From: an uncultured virus (IMG/VR IMGVR_UViG_3300017772_000002) | Lineage: Duplodnaviria > Heunggongvirae > Uroviricota > Caudoviricetes | DNA length: 64,000 nt | IMG/VR virus record: IMGVR_UViG_3300017772_000002 | Strand: one strand, 5' to 3' | Shown: piece by piece, positions 38,418 through 48,232 of the stretch | How the letters are laid out: each line of letters begins with the position of its first letter | Position numbering within the stretch: position 1 is the first letter of the stretch | The notes under the pieces: model-generated | Databases searched by the model: none | The model's input: the letters and a program-made list of their open reading frames with translations, nothing else | What the model was told of the DNA's origin: nothing | Made by a program: the position numbers and the translations under genes

Positions 38418-38820
38418 TACCTTGCTCGTTTAAAGCTTTTCTATTAGACAAATGATGTTCTTCTGTAAGGTCTTTTGAATCACCATAATATGGAACTGCG
38501 CGAAAGTTATCAATCATCATTTTATTTACTGATCTATCAAAGTTTCCATAAATATATAACTCTCCTAAAATTCTACCAAACTTGCCTTTGTCATGGGATA
38601 TTAAAGTTACAGGACAATCCAACAATAGTGTTTTTAAGAATTTTTTAGATTCTAAACCATAAAATTTTTCTTCAAGATCACGAGTTCTGGATTCTGGAGT
38701 ATCAATACCCATCATTCTAACACGTTGTTTTTTATAGACCATTCCAAAACCTAAGTCAATATCTACATCAACAGTATCACCATCAACAACTCTTACCACT
38801 TCAACGTTATAAGTATACAT
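38398..38820 (-). CDS. thermonuclease (SNase-like)
   Basis: VVDGDTV, RVRMMGIDTPE, GKFGRIL. Confidence 0.9.
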   Translation of the reverse strand: MYTYNVEVVRVVDGDTVDVDIDLGFGMVYKKQRVRMMGIDTPESRTRDLEEKFYGLESKKFLKTLLLDCPVTLISHDKGKFGRILGELYIYGNFDRSVNKMMIDNFRAVPYYGDSKDLTEEHHLSNRKALNEQGIVYDPD

Positions 38821-39083
38821 TATGAAATCACCGCCTTAATCCACTCAACATCTATAATTGCTGCAGCTTCGCCTTCATAATCGACTGGCATAGCTTTATT
38901 CCAATCAAGAAATACTCTTTGACCTGATTCAACTCGATCAATAGCTAATGGTCCAACAGATAAAACTAAACCTGGCTTAGATCCTTTAGTTGTATCACCA
39001 GTAAGAATAATACCACCTGCCGTTGTTTGTTCTTTTTCTACAGCCGTTACTAAAACTTGACTGCCTAACATTTTAATACCCAT
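38820..39083 (-). CDS. groES: GroES-like co-chaperonin
   Basis: VLV...EQTTAGGIIL mobile loop, VLSVGP. Confidence 0.85.
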   Translation of the reverse strand: MGIKMLGSQVLVTAVEKEQTTAGGIILTGDTTKGSKPGLVLSVGPLAIDRVESGQRVFLDWNKAMPVDYEGEAAAIIDVEWIKAVIS

Positions 39084-39092
39084 CTTTTTCTC

Positions 39093-40010
39093 CTATATAT
39101 TATTTCGAAAGACAAAATCAATTGCTCTTTCTGCTTCTTTTACCATATCTCGTTTACCATACCAACCACCAGTTTCATTGTCCAAGTCTGAACAAATCCA
39201 AGCAACTTCACGAGCCGAGATTGGATAACCTCGTTGCATTGCGTTACCAGCAGTAGATACCATAATCTTGTACATTTGTAAATACCAACCAGATCCAGTT
39301 ATTGATTTATATTCATCAACTTGTTTTTGGTTTACAAAAGGACAGTCTTTATATCCTGTCCATGAAAAGTCAGTGTTGTTAAGCTGAGCTTTTCGGTGTT
39401 CGACGATTCCATTTCTGATAGCTTCGGGTAGCTTATCGAAAAACGATTCATTTGGTACAACGTATCTGTGTCTTTCCATAAGTTCTGACGGATCCATGGT
39501 GATTCCGTTGTGAGTGAATATGAAGTTGTATGCACCTTTGTATCTTGAAGGTACGTAGTACATTCGACTAAGATCTTTTGTTTGGGCATCTGCGATGTCT
39601 CCTATTTCTTTATTGAGAGCAAACCAAAAATGTTTAATTTTGTCTGCTGGTACCTGTTCAGTTAATGGAAAAACTAATCTGAATTTTGGATGTTGTTTTG
39701 TAGAACTTGCTGTTGAGTAACAAACATATTTGTACTTAGAATATTTTTCATGAATATCATCAATAGAACCTTCATAATCATCTACATCAACAATGCCGAA
39801 ACCACCCCAGCTTAATACATTAGCATTAGCTCGAGTGGTTTTGGTCTTATATGTGGCCGGTGATATTAAAGGAGCATCAGTCTTTTTTTGATACTTATCA
39901 CTTTCCGCCAAACGGTATAAAACTTTTTCAAAATCATCAAAAGAGTTATAGTCTACTCTTTTAGTAGTTTTATTATCGTATATGCTGTCAAATATTGTTA
40001 AGGAGACCAT
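39093..40010 (-). CDS. putative archaeo-eukaryotic-type primase/PrimPol
   Basis: RANANV, VDVDD, YSTASST..HPKFRLVFPL, D.QTKD.SRMYY. Confidence 0.7.
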   Translation of the reverse strand: MVSLTIFDSIYDNKTTKRVDYNSFDDFEKVLYRLAESDKYQKKTDAPLISPATYKTKTTRANANVLSWGGFGIVDVDDYEGSIDDIHEKYSKYKYVCYSTASSTKQHPKFRLVFPLTEQVPADKIKHFWFALNKEIGDIADAQTKDLSRMYYVPSRYKGAYNFIFTHNGITMDPSELMERHRYVVPNESFFDKLPEAIRNGIVEHRKAQLNNTDFSWTGYKDCPFVNQKQVDEYKSITGSGWYLQMYKIMVSTAGNAMQRGYPISAREVAWICSDLDNETGGWYGKRDMVKEAERAIDFVFRNNI

Positions 40011-40389
40011 GATTACCTAAGTGTGATGGAGCTTTCCAACCTTCAGGTTTTACTAGATCGGGAAGTCCCAATGGATTAGGGCGTGATTCTTTTACGCCAA
40101 CTTTTTTAGCCATATTTGCTTTATTTACTTCATGCCAAGCTTCATGAGCGTCAACACCCATGAGATCAAGTGTCCCAATAGCTACAACGCAAAGATCAAT
40201 TAGACCATCAACAATTTCTTCAGCATCTTTTTCTCCAACAGCCTTAAATGTTTCATCAAATTCTTCTTTGAGAAAGGCTACACGGAAATGAAGCAGCTGT
40301 TCAAGTTTATCTGGATTATTTTTAACCCATTCATGAACACCATACTTATGATGCATATCTTTAATATCATTTACCCAGTTCATGCTCAT
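39988..40389 (-). CDS. MazG/PRA-PH-like NTP pyrophosphohydrolase
   Basis: EEFDE...EIVDGLIDL, ANMAK, KPEGW. Confidence 0.8.
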   Translation of the reverse strand: MSMNWVNDIKDMHHKYGVHEWVKNNPDKLEQLLHFRVAFLKEEFDETFKAVGEKDAEEIVDGLIDLCVVAIGTLDLMGVDAHEAWHEVNKANMAKKVGVKESRPNPLGLPDLVKPEGWKAPSHLGNHGLLNNI

Positions 40390-40670
40390 ACAATAATTCC
40401 TTTGTTTGGTGTTACAATAGCTCCAGTCGCTTCTTTGTATTGACCAAGAATTTGATCTACAGGATCAACAGTAAAAAGCACATGAGTATTTTTTACAGTT
40501 AGTCCATCTTCAGCTTTTGTATATGGAATATAAGGCATAAAGCCAATTTTACCTTCTTCAGCAGCATAAAGCGCGATTGGATTTTCGAATGTGATTGAAT
40601 CATTAGATTCATCAGTAATTTTTGCTAAGACTTCTTCACCTGAAGTAAGCCTGATTAATTTAATAGACAT
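40386..40670 (-). CDS. conserved T4-like small protein (Sm-like)
   Basis: IKLIRLTSGEEVLA. Confidence 0.65.
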   Translation of the reverse strand: MSIKLIRLTSGEEVLAKITDESNDSITFENPIALYAAEEGKIGFMPYIPYTKAEDGLTVKNTHVLFTVDPVDQILGQYKEATGAIVTPNKGIIV

Positions 40671-40695
40671 TTGTATCTCCTTTAATAATAGATAT

Positions 40696-40725
40696 ATTAT
40701 AACACATTTTTATGTGTTTGTAAAC
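40696..40725 (-). promoter_or_regulatory. early promoter
   Basis: GTTTACA-N17-TATAAT. Confidence 0.75.
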
Positions 40726-40742
40726 TGTTTTTTTCATTTATT

Positions 40743-43253
40743 TTAAAAAAATTCATCAAGAGTTGCAACATCCTTAGAGTTCCAACCGATAGCTGAAAGT
40801 ATTGGATCAATTACATCCAAAAACGTTTTATTAAATTGAGTATCGTAATCAATATATCGATGTAAACCAAACTCTTCCGGAAGGTAATCAAGGAAAGATA
40901 TAACATTTTCCTTTATGTGGTTTGGTATTCGAAGATATATGAATTTGATCTTTTCACCATTTTGAATTTTGTTATATTGCCTTTGAAGTGATTTGTCAAC
41001 AAGAAGTTTATTGTACATAATACTGCCACGTGCATGAATTGGTGTACCTTTTTTGTATATAGTTTGATTATCCATATAGTTTGTAAGATTAGTTATACCA
41101 CGTGGAAAGGCAATTTGATCGGGGGAAAGTGTTTTAAAATGTGATCTGAATAATTCAATATCTTTTTGAACTGCAGATTCTGAACCACTAATAATAGTTT
41201 TAAACATTTGTTTTAACGCTTCACGACATGGAGCTGGAGTTGAAGATTTTATAGCTTCAATACCCATGATCTTAAGTTTAGGTTCAGCATAACGAACACC
41301 TTCATTATCAAGAACATTGAGAATATATCTTTTCTTAGCTGTCCATATACCACGATTAGCAATAGCTTCACGTTTCATAACCATTCGATTTTCAATACCA
41401 CCCATGGTTTCGAATAAAGTGTTATAACTGTCTTCAAGGACTTTTTCAAGCTTTTCGTTGCAGACAGTGTTTACAAATTCAAGTGGATTTTTAGGATTGA
41501 CAGCTTTAACAAGATCATCGAGAACTACATAAACAGAATCGGTATCAATAGCAACTACATAATCTTTATTGCTTTTAAGGACTTTGTTAAGATATTCATT
41601 GATTGCCTTTTCAGCCCAACGAATTGTTAATTGGCCAGATAAAGTAATACCCTCAGCAATACGTTGATCGAAGAATCTGAAATACTTGTTACCTAGGGCG
41701 CCATAAAGACTGTTTAGAAGAATCTTAATCGACATTTGCTGGTTTTCAGCAATGTTAATATCCCTTTGGACTCGATATAATTCTTGCTTATCTTTTTTAT
41801 CAACCTTTTCGAGCTCACGCTGAGAATTAATCATTTGTCTTTTTATGACAACGCGTTCACTATACATTTCATCGATAATTTTTGGAAGAATACCTTGAGT
41901 GTCAGTTTTAAAATATTGGCCTGAAGCTGCAGCGCATTCGTTAGATTCAAGCCTAGGTTTTACCTCGCCACTAAGAAGTGTATCAACCGAAACATTAGCA
42001 ACTTTACCATTAATAATAGTTTCAGGTGACATATTATTCTGCATAATGATTGATGGATACAGCGAGTTTAAGTCAAAAGAAACAACCCATTCATGAATTC
42101 CAACATGTGGATCTTTTACATAACCACCAGGATATGGTGATTTAAACTTTTCTTCGCCAAAGGGAACAATTACATTGTTAGCAAAGAGATTACGGAAAAT
42201 AATAGAATCCCATATTGCAGTTGTACCCATAACATCGCCATAGTTAACACCACCACGATAAGCCATAGTAAGAGCAAGAGTAATAAGACCCATCTTATCC
42301 TCAAAGCGATCTACAAGATCCACATCTTTGATATTATAATCAATAAATTTTTGATGGTCATATTTGTATAAAGTATGTAGGTTACCGTGTTCTTCATATG
42401 AGAGCTTACGTTCACCAAGAACAACATGCGCAATATGATCTAGCTTATATGATTCTTGTGGACCATAAGAGTAACCAAATTTACGAAATAGATCAAGGTA
42501 ATCCATTTGGGCAATACCTTGAATTTCATATGCACATTGTTTGCGTTGCATTGTTGTAACGTCGCGTCGATCAATTAAACCCCATGGTGATAACCTACGT
42601 ACAAACTCTTCGCCATGAATTTTGATAATACGATTAATAAGATATGGCATATCAAAGAATCGTGAATTCCAACCAGTAATAACATCTGGACAATGAGAAG
42701 GTAAAGCCCAGTGCGCGATAAATTTAAGTAGAAGTTCAGATTCGGTTAAACATTTTTCATATACCACACGACTTTCTTGCATGTAGCTGTTTTCTACATC
42801 ATAGTCTTTAAGACCCCAGACATAAAAAGTTTTGTCAATATTGTTTTTGATACATATTGCTGTAACTTCATGAGCCGCTTCTTCAGGCTCTGGAAATCCA
42901 GCATCAGACTGAACCTCAATATCGATTGTAGTTACATTAATAAGATTACGATCAAATTTGATATTCCCTGGAAATGCTTCATTGATATAAGCGGGAATGT
43001 GTTTATTGTTTCCATAGATATGACGACCAGCAGTATGTTGATTTGCTGAAAGCCATTCTTTTGCGTCACGCATATCAGAAAATTTGATAGGCGCAACCTT
43101 TGTGCCATCTAAGGCTCGATAACCAGTGTCCTTAGTTGTATTAACATAATAGGTTGGTTGGTATTTAATTTTTGTTTGAATTTTTTTGCCATTAGCATAA
43201 CCTCTATAAAGAAGGTTATTGCCGTAGCGAGATACTGAGGTATAAAATTTCAT
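40743..43253 (-). CDS. gp43: family B DNA polymerase (gp43)
   Basis: DIE exo I, DLNSLYPS, K...NSLYG, DTDS, KKRY; C-terminus TLDEFF. Confidence 0.98.
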   Translation of the reverse strand: MKFYTSVSRYGNNLLYRGYANGKKIQTKIKYQPTYYVNTTKDTGYRALDGTKVAPIKFSDMRDAKEWLSANQHTAGRHIYGNNKHIPAYINEAFPGNIKFDRNLINVTTIDIEVQSDAGFPEPEEAAHEVTAICIKNNIDKTFYVWGLKDYDVENSYMQESRVVYEKCLTESELLLKFIAHWALPSHCPDVITGWNSRFFDMPYLINRIIKIHGEEFVRRLSPWGLIDRRDVTTMQRKQCAYEIQGIAQMDYLDLFRKFGYSYGPQESYKLDHIAHVVLGERKLSYEEHGNLHTLYKYDHQKFIDYNIKDVDLVDRFEDKMGLITLALTMAYRGGVNYGDVMGTTAIWDSIIFRNLFANNVIVPFGEEKFKSPYPGGYVKDPHVGIHEWVVSFDLNSLYPSIIMQNNMSPETIINGKVANVSVDTLLSGEVKPRLESNECAAASGQYFKTDTQGILPKIIDEMYSERVVIKRQMINSQRELEKVDKKDKQELYRVQRDINIAENQQMSIKILLNSLYGALGNKYFRFFDQRIAEGITLSGQLTIRWAEKAINEYLNKVLKSNKDYVVAIDTDSVYVVLDDLVKAVNPKNPLEFVNTVCNEKLEKVLEDSYNTLFETMGGIENRMVMKREAIANRGIWTAKKRYILNVLDNEGVRYAEPKLKIMGIEAIKSSTPAPCREALKQMFKTIISGSESAVQKDIELFRSHFKTLSPDQIAFPRGITNLTNYMDNQTIYKKGTPIHARGSIMYNKLLVDKSLQRQYNKIQNGEKIKFIYLRIPNHIKENVISFLDYLPEEFGLHRYIDYDTQFNKTFLDVIDPILSAIGWNSKDVATLDEFF

Positions 43254-43289
43254 AATTATAGTGTGTACATATCCAAATAATAAGTATAT

Positions 43290-43319
43290 ATTATATCATA
43301 GTTTAAACATATTGTAAAC
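43290..43319 (-). promoter_or_regulatory. early promoter for gp43
   Basis: GTTTACA-N17-TATAAT. Confidence 0.75.
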
Positions 43320-43370
43320 GTTTATTTTAAATAAGTTGGGAGAGATTTCTCCCTCCCTCCCTAAAAGACG

Positions 43371-43490
43371 TTAGAATGAACTCGCAGCAACCATCATAAT
43401 AAATGGAGATATACTTAATATCGCTCCTATTAGTAAAATTGCTTCGAATCCAGACCTAATGCCATGCTTGTGTTTACGTAAGTAACCCAT
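43371..43490 (-). CDS. small single-TM peptide (39 aa)
   Basis: Manual translation MGYLRKHKHGIRSGFEAILLIGAILSISPFIMMVAASSF; GGAG SD. Confidence 0.55.
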   Translation of the reverse strand: MGYLRKHKHGIRSGFEAILLIGAILSISPFIMMVAASSF

Positions 43491-43548
43491 AGTCTGACTC
43501 CAGTAAATTGTTTATTACAACCTACTGAGTTTCGCTGCTCACCGGAAT

Positions 43549-44004
43549 TTAATCTTGAATAAATTCCTTCTTCGTTGATGTCCCAGTAGATCCGATTTCG
43601 ATCTTCCGAGGACGCCTCTCTTCTGGAACTTCGACCCTGGCATTAACCACAAGTATCCCGTTCACAAGATCAGCCCCATCTATTACAACAAATTCAGAGA
43701 GTCGGAAGGACTTCTCGAATTTGCGGGATGAGATACCTTTGTGTGCGTATTCACGTTCATCATCAGCTTGATGTTCTCCTTTTACTAAAAGAATTCCATC
43801 TTTTACTTCGATAGAGATATCGTCTTCTGTAAAACCCGCTACTGCAAGTTCGATAATGAAATTTTCAGCATCGATCTTTACAACATTATGGGGTGGATAG
43901 TTATCTTGAGCTCTACCAGCTGTGTGGATTCTTTCAAGCTCATTTAGTATTGGTTCAAAACCAATGAATAGTGAACGTGGTACGTTCATAGTACTTCTTA
44001 CCAT
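43549..44004 (-). CDS. hsp20: small heat-shock protein (IbpA-like)
   Basis: NYPPHN, ELAVAGF, HKGISSRKF, NGIL, PRKIEI. Confidence 0.95.
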   Translation of the reverse strand: MVRSTMNVPRSLFIGFEPILNELERIHTAGRAQDNYPPHNVVKIDAENFIIELAVAGFTEDDISIEVKDGILLVKGEHQADDEREYAHKGISSRKFEKSFRLSEFVVIDGADLVNGILVVNARVEVPEERRPRKIEIGSTGTSTKKEFIQD

Positions 44005-44073
44005 TTTAGTTTCCTCCTATATATAGCAAGGTTAATATTGCACCCGACCATTCGGCATGCAATTATATTTATA
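44005..44073 (-). promoter_or_regulatory. late promoter (44066-44073) with a structured leader including a ROSE-like thermometer hairpin
   Basis: CCUUGCUAUAUAUAGGAGG: UUGCU opposite the SD. Confidence 0.6.
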
Positions 44074-44177
44074 CCAGCAAACTTGCTAGTTTAAATATTC
44101 TTTAGTAGTTTATTCCAAATTTTTTGGATTCTACCTGATTTCATTAATTTGTGTAATTTTTTAAACATATTTATTTA

Positions 44178-45209
44178 TTAGTATATTGGATCTTTTGCTG
44201 GAAAACAAACTAATCCGCAAGTATCTGGTATGTAATCTTCTGGAAAAAATGTTTCAGGAAAATCTACATACTCTGGTTTATCTGTAACGCATTTATTATT
44301 TGCGAGCAATTTATCATATTCGTCACCAAGTTTATTCATCCAATTTATCCAACCCCAGTCGCATTCAGTCTGATTTACAAAATCAACTATACCTTCTAAT
44401 CTTTGATCATACACGTATGTTGGGTAAATTTCATGAAGATGTCTTAAGTCTATATCACCTTGACTCCAAGCATATTTTAAATTTAAATACTGCATTGTAT
44501 CTTCGCCAACAATAAGTTCTGGATCAAATCTAAATTCATTAGTTGTGGCTTTTTTAGAATAAAATGTTATTCGTAAATGTGGTTCCCAGTTATCAATATA
44601 ATTATATGCAAAAGAATATATTCTATGCTGAGCTGCATTGAGAGCTATTGAATATCCAGGGCCATCGGGATGTAAATTATCTATATAAACTCCGGTACCA
44701 GCAAGTTGTTTTTCCCACCACTTTTTACACTGCATAAATGATCTAAGAGCATAACTTGGTTTATGGCTTGGATCTAGCTCACCGTATTGAAAAAGCGATT
44801 TTTGAAACCCATTGCCAATTAATCCCAATTGATATTCTAGTGCTATAACATCAGGTGGTGAGTCTGACTGTGCTATTTTGTCGTATAGCCATATCCCATG
44901 TGGTGTAATAAAATCATCACCATCAACTAAAACCATATAATCATTATCAGAAGCTTGGAATATATCCAAAACGCTGTTCTTACCAGTTGATGGAGTTCCA
45001 TCGCTATCTGTTATATAATATTCTAAATTTTCTGATTTTGCCCAAGCTTCAGCGTCAACTAAATATTGAGAATTTCTTTCATAATGTATTTCACAATCGA
45101 CATTCGAATTAAAGACATATACAATATCTTCTTTAGGAATAGTCTCTAAATGTTTTTTTGTAGTAAATATATTACTACTGCATAAAACATAATATTTTAA
45201 CTTAGCCAT
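44178..45209 (-). CDS. GT-A-like glycosyltransferase
   Basis: GTPSTGKN, DYMVLVDGDDF (DxD), VGED. Confidence 0.55.
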   Translation of the reverse strand: MAKLKYYVLCSSNIFTTKKHLETIPKEDIVYVFNSNVDCEIHYERNSQYLVDAEAWAKSENLEYYITDSDGTPSTGKNSVLDIFQASDNDYMVLVDGDDFITPHGIWLYDKIAQSDSPPDVIALEYQLGLIGNGFQKSLFQYGELDPSHKPSYALRSFMQCKKWWEKQLAGTGVYIDNLHPDGPGYSIALNAAQHRIYSFAYNYIDNWEPHLRITFYSKKATTNEFRFDPELIVGEDTMQYLNLKYAWSQGDIDLRHLHEIYPTYVYDQRLEGIVDFVNQTECDWGWINWMNKLGDEYDKLLANNKCVTDKPEYVDFPETFFPEDYIPDTCGLVCFPAKDPIY

Positions 45210-45212
45210 AAA

Positions 45213-45746
45213 TTACTCAGTTGGTTTTGCTGGCCAGGTAACGCTTATTGGAAAGGTTTCTTGAGTTGTTATATCTCTTAAAGCCTGTCTATATGCTATC
45301 ATTTCTGCAGATAAAGTACGATCTGATAATGCAGTGTTATCTGTCATAGATAATAGCTCATCTCTTTTGCTTCTAATAGCTGAAGCTCTTTCTTCCTCAG
45401 TTAAATTGCGAACTGTTGTAATTCTTTTTCTAAGAGTTTCTGTTTCTTCCCATGTTTCTTCAAGCCATTCAGCATTTGGATCATAATCGGGATTAATATC
45501 AAGTTCAATGTCTTTAAGTGTTCCAGTCCAACTTTCAGGAGCAAAATCTGATGATGCTGATTCTCTTTTATAAAAAACAGCAGCTTCTATTTGAGCATCT
45601 TTGGCCAAATTAATAAGTTTTTCTTCAGATAAATCACCTTCAAAATATCTTCTAGTGATATAAGGTCTAAAGCTTTCTTCAGTAAATTTAAATAATACCA
45701 TTCTTTCAGTGGTATCAATAAGTTTTATTTCATAATTTTTATACAT
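45213..45746 (-). CDS. tail-fibre assembly chaperone-like protein
   Basis: IRSKRDELL..TD...YRQALRDIT.Q..FP...WP.KP. Confidence 0.75.
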   Translation of the reverse strand: MYKNYEIKLIDTTERMVLFKFTEESFRPYITRRYFEGDLSEEKLINLAKDAQIEAAVFYKRESASSDFAPESWTGTLKDIELDINPDYDPNAEWLEETWEETETLRKRITTVRNLTEEERASAIRSKRDELLSMTDNTALSDRTLSAEMIAYRQALRDITTQETFPISVTWPAKPTE

Positions 45747-45758
45747 TGGTTTTTCCTA

Positions 45759-46505
45759 TTAAGTATTTATTTTAATTGCTATATGACCTGAGTCTGACAT
45801 ATCAACTGGCCTGCCAATTGAAGCTCCTCTAATAGCTCTATATAAAGAAATTTCAGCTGAAGTTGTACACTCAAATCTCCAGAAATAAGCATATGCTCCC
45901 TCATAATAACTACCACCAATTTGGCCAAAGGTATCTGCATTGGTTCGAGTTAATGTTGTTGAGTAATTAGTAAAATTTACTGCAGAATCAACCGGCTCGC
46001 CGTAAGATTGTGCAATATTATTATATCTAAAATTTATAGAACTCCAACCACTATTACCTGAACCTCTTTTAGTAATAAATATTTGGCCGTTATTAGTACC
46101 ATCTCTTTGGTTATAAATTCCTATTAATTTTTGTCCCGTAGAAAATGTTAAATTTCTTGATATATGACCAAATGAACTAACTGAAGATCCTGTTTCTCCG
46201 GTAGAATATTGAAATATACCAGCCTTATACGATTGCCAACCATTTCTTGCTCGGCCGTCATCGTCAGAGTCCCATGAACGTGCACAAGTTAATTCTGCGG
46301 TTTTACCACTAGCACCAAAAAAATCTTGGAAGCTTATTTCAGGTTCTGTATTATGAGTCGCAATATATGGAAACGGCGTTGGCGCATAAGGATCACCATT
46401 TGGATGATAAAAATCAGCCAATTCAATTTCATTACCAGTGGGATTTTGGCCGGCAAACTCAATATATAAATCAGTCAAATCTAAGTTTGATGTTGATATG
46501 GTCAT
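45759..46505 (-). CDS. putative fibre/adhesin-like virion protein
   Basis: IELADFY and EISFQDFFG motifs; G/S/T/N-rich. Confidence 0.5.
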   Translation of the reverse strand: MTISTSNLDLTDLYIEFAGQNPTGNEIELADFYHPNGDPYAPTPFPYIATHNTEPEISFQDFFGASGKTAELTCARSWDSDDDGRARNGWQSYKAGIFQYSTGETGSSVSSFGHISRNLTFSTGQKLIGIYNQRDGTNNGQIFITKRGSGNSGWSSINFRYNNIAQSYGEPVDSAVNFTNYSTTLTRTNADTFGQIGGSYYEGAYAYFWRFECTTSAEISLYRAIRGASIGRPVDMSDSGHIAIKINT

Positions 46506-46510
46506 TTATC

Positions 46511-46936
46511 TTAATCCTTGCTACTATTACCTATATTATATTTAGGGCATAGTTGCCACTCGTTTTTCTCTTTATATGGAATAACTTTAATTTGTCTTAG
46601 TGGGGCGATATCCTTAGCTTGTTCTGGATCTACAAAAGATACTAAGCCCCAATCACTAAGTAATGTTGCAATAGTATTTCTTCGTTGAATATCATTCAGC
46701 AATAAGTTAGATGGTTTTCCATCTAATAAAAATAATTCTTTAAAATGTACAATAAAATACCTACCTTGCTTATGTAGAATATGGCAAGACTGATATAATT
46801 TTTGGTCTTTTCGTGAAGCAACACCGATTCTAGTCAATGTTTCTCTGATTTTTAAAAAGTCATCAGGTTCGTTTAAAGTTATTTCCAACATTGAAGTTGG
46901 TGTCCATTGGACCTCTATGTTATTTTCGTTTTCCAC
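46511..46936 (-). CDS. regA: translational repressor RegA
   Basis: DFLKIRETLTRIG, LYQSCHILHKQG.YFIVHFKE. Confidence 0.97.
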   Translation of the reverse strand: MENENNIEVQWTPTSMLEITLNEPDDFLKIRETLTRIGVASRKDQKLYQSCHILHKQGRYFIVHFKELFLLDGKPSNLLLNDIQRRNTIATLLSDWGLVSFVDPEQAKDIAPLRQIKVIPYKEKNEWQLCPKYNIGNSSKD

Positions 46937-47300
46937 CTTTATAAATCCTCGTTTTCAATTCGTTAATTTGTTCATCATTTAATAATGACAATACGGATTT
47001 AGCTTTCTCATTGCTATATCCATAATATTCTTTTACTAATTCTAGGTTTTCAATACTCATAGGCTTGGCCCATTTAGAAAACCTTTTCTTTTTGTTAATT
47101 ATATTTATAAGAAAATCAAATTGAAGACGATGATCAATATGGTGGTTTAAATTCATTTCATTTGCGAATAGTATCGTGTCTGGAAAATAAGATAATCCAC
47201 GATTAACCATAAATGGACTATATGCTTTTTCTGCTACGTCATCAACCATTAAATCCTTTTTAGTTGTATTTATTGCGTTTAAATATTCGAATGGATTCAT
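46920..47300 (-). CDS. gp62: clamp loader small subunit
   Basis: YSPFMVNRGLS, YYGYSNEKA; synteny. Confidence 0.92.
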   Translation of the reverse strand: MNPFEYLNAINTTKKDLMVDDVAEKAYSPFMVNRGLSYFPDTILFANEMNLNHHIDHRLQFDFLINIINKKKRFSKWAKPMSIENLELVKEYYGYSNEKAKSVLSLLNDEQINELKTRIYKGGKRK

Positions 47301-48232
47301 TTAAATCTAACTCCAGCCATAATCTCTGTCAAACAAGCAACAGTGTTAAGTTCATGGTCGGCAACAAATGAATTCTTATATTGATAATCAGCTAAAATAA
47401 GTACCAGCTGTGGTACACTTTGCGGATCAATATAGTCATTCATATTGTCATAAATTTTACGATATATTGCTGCTGGTTCAGAATCAATATTGTTTGAAAC
47501 CCATTGTCTCATACCTTTAAAGTTTTTTTCTTTGAGATGAGCCATAAGATCATTTAAAGAAACTTCCGATAAAGAAACAAGAATGCCACTATCAATTACG
47601 CCACTGGCTGAATATCTTTGTAATTCATTAAGAACTTTACGCCAATCAGGCATGTGTTTCATAATTAATTCAGCAACTACCTTTTTGTCATAGGTAATAT
47701 TTTCATTTTCCAATATATCACCAACCCTATGAAGAAATTGGCCACATAGAGCAGCTGAATCTTTTTTAGAAACATTAAATTCAATTGTTGTACAACGAGA
47801 ATGTAAGGGATCAATAATTCGATTTTTAAAATTACACGTAAGAATAAATCGACAGTTATTACTAAACTCTTCAATAAACCCACGCAAAGCTGGCTGAGTT
47901 GATTGTGCATTTAAGTAGTCTGCCTCGTCCAAGATGACTACCTTGTAGCCACCTTGAAGAGAAACAGATGATGCAAACTGTTTAATTTTATTACGTAAGG
48001 TGTCAATGCCAGATTCCTCGGATCCATTGATCAGAAGATAATCCAGTTCAAGTTCGTTACATAAAGCCTTTGCGACTGTAGTCTTACCAAGACCGGCAGT
48101 GCCGGTAAGAAGCATATTGTGTAGGTCACCTCCTCTAACAATATCTTCAAAGGTGGATTTTATGTGTTTTGGTAAAATACAATCTTTAATTTTTTGTGGA
48201 CGATATTTTTCAACCCAAAGAAATTCTGACAT
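47297..48232 (-). CDS. gp44: clamp loader large subunit
   Basis: LWVEKYRP, GLGKTT, DEAD, SRC. Confidence 0.95.
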   Translation of the reverse strand: MSEFLWVEKYRPQKIKDCILPKHIKSTFEDIVRGGDLHNMLLTGTAGLGKTTVAKALCNELELDYLLINGSEESGIDTLRNKIKQFASSVSLQGGYKVVILDEADYLNAQSTQPALRGFIEEFSNNCRFILTCNFKNRIIDPLHSRCTTIEFNVSKKDSAALCGQFLHRVGDILENENITYDKKVVAELIMKHMPDWRKVLNELQRYSASGVIDSGILVSLSEVSLNDLMAHLKEKNFKGMRQWVSNNIDSEPAAIYRKIYDNMNDYIDPQSVPQLVLILADYQYKNSFVADHELNTVACLTEIMAGVRFK

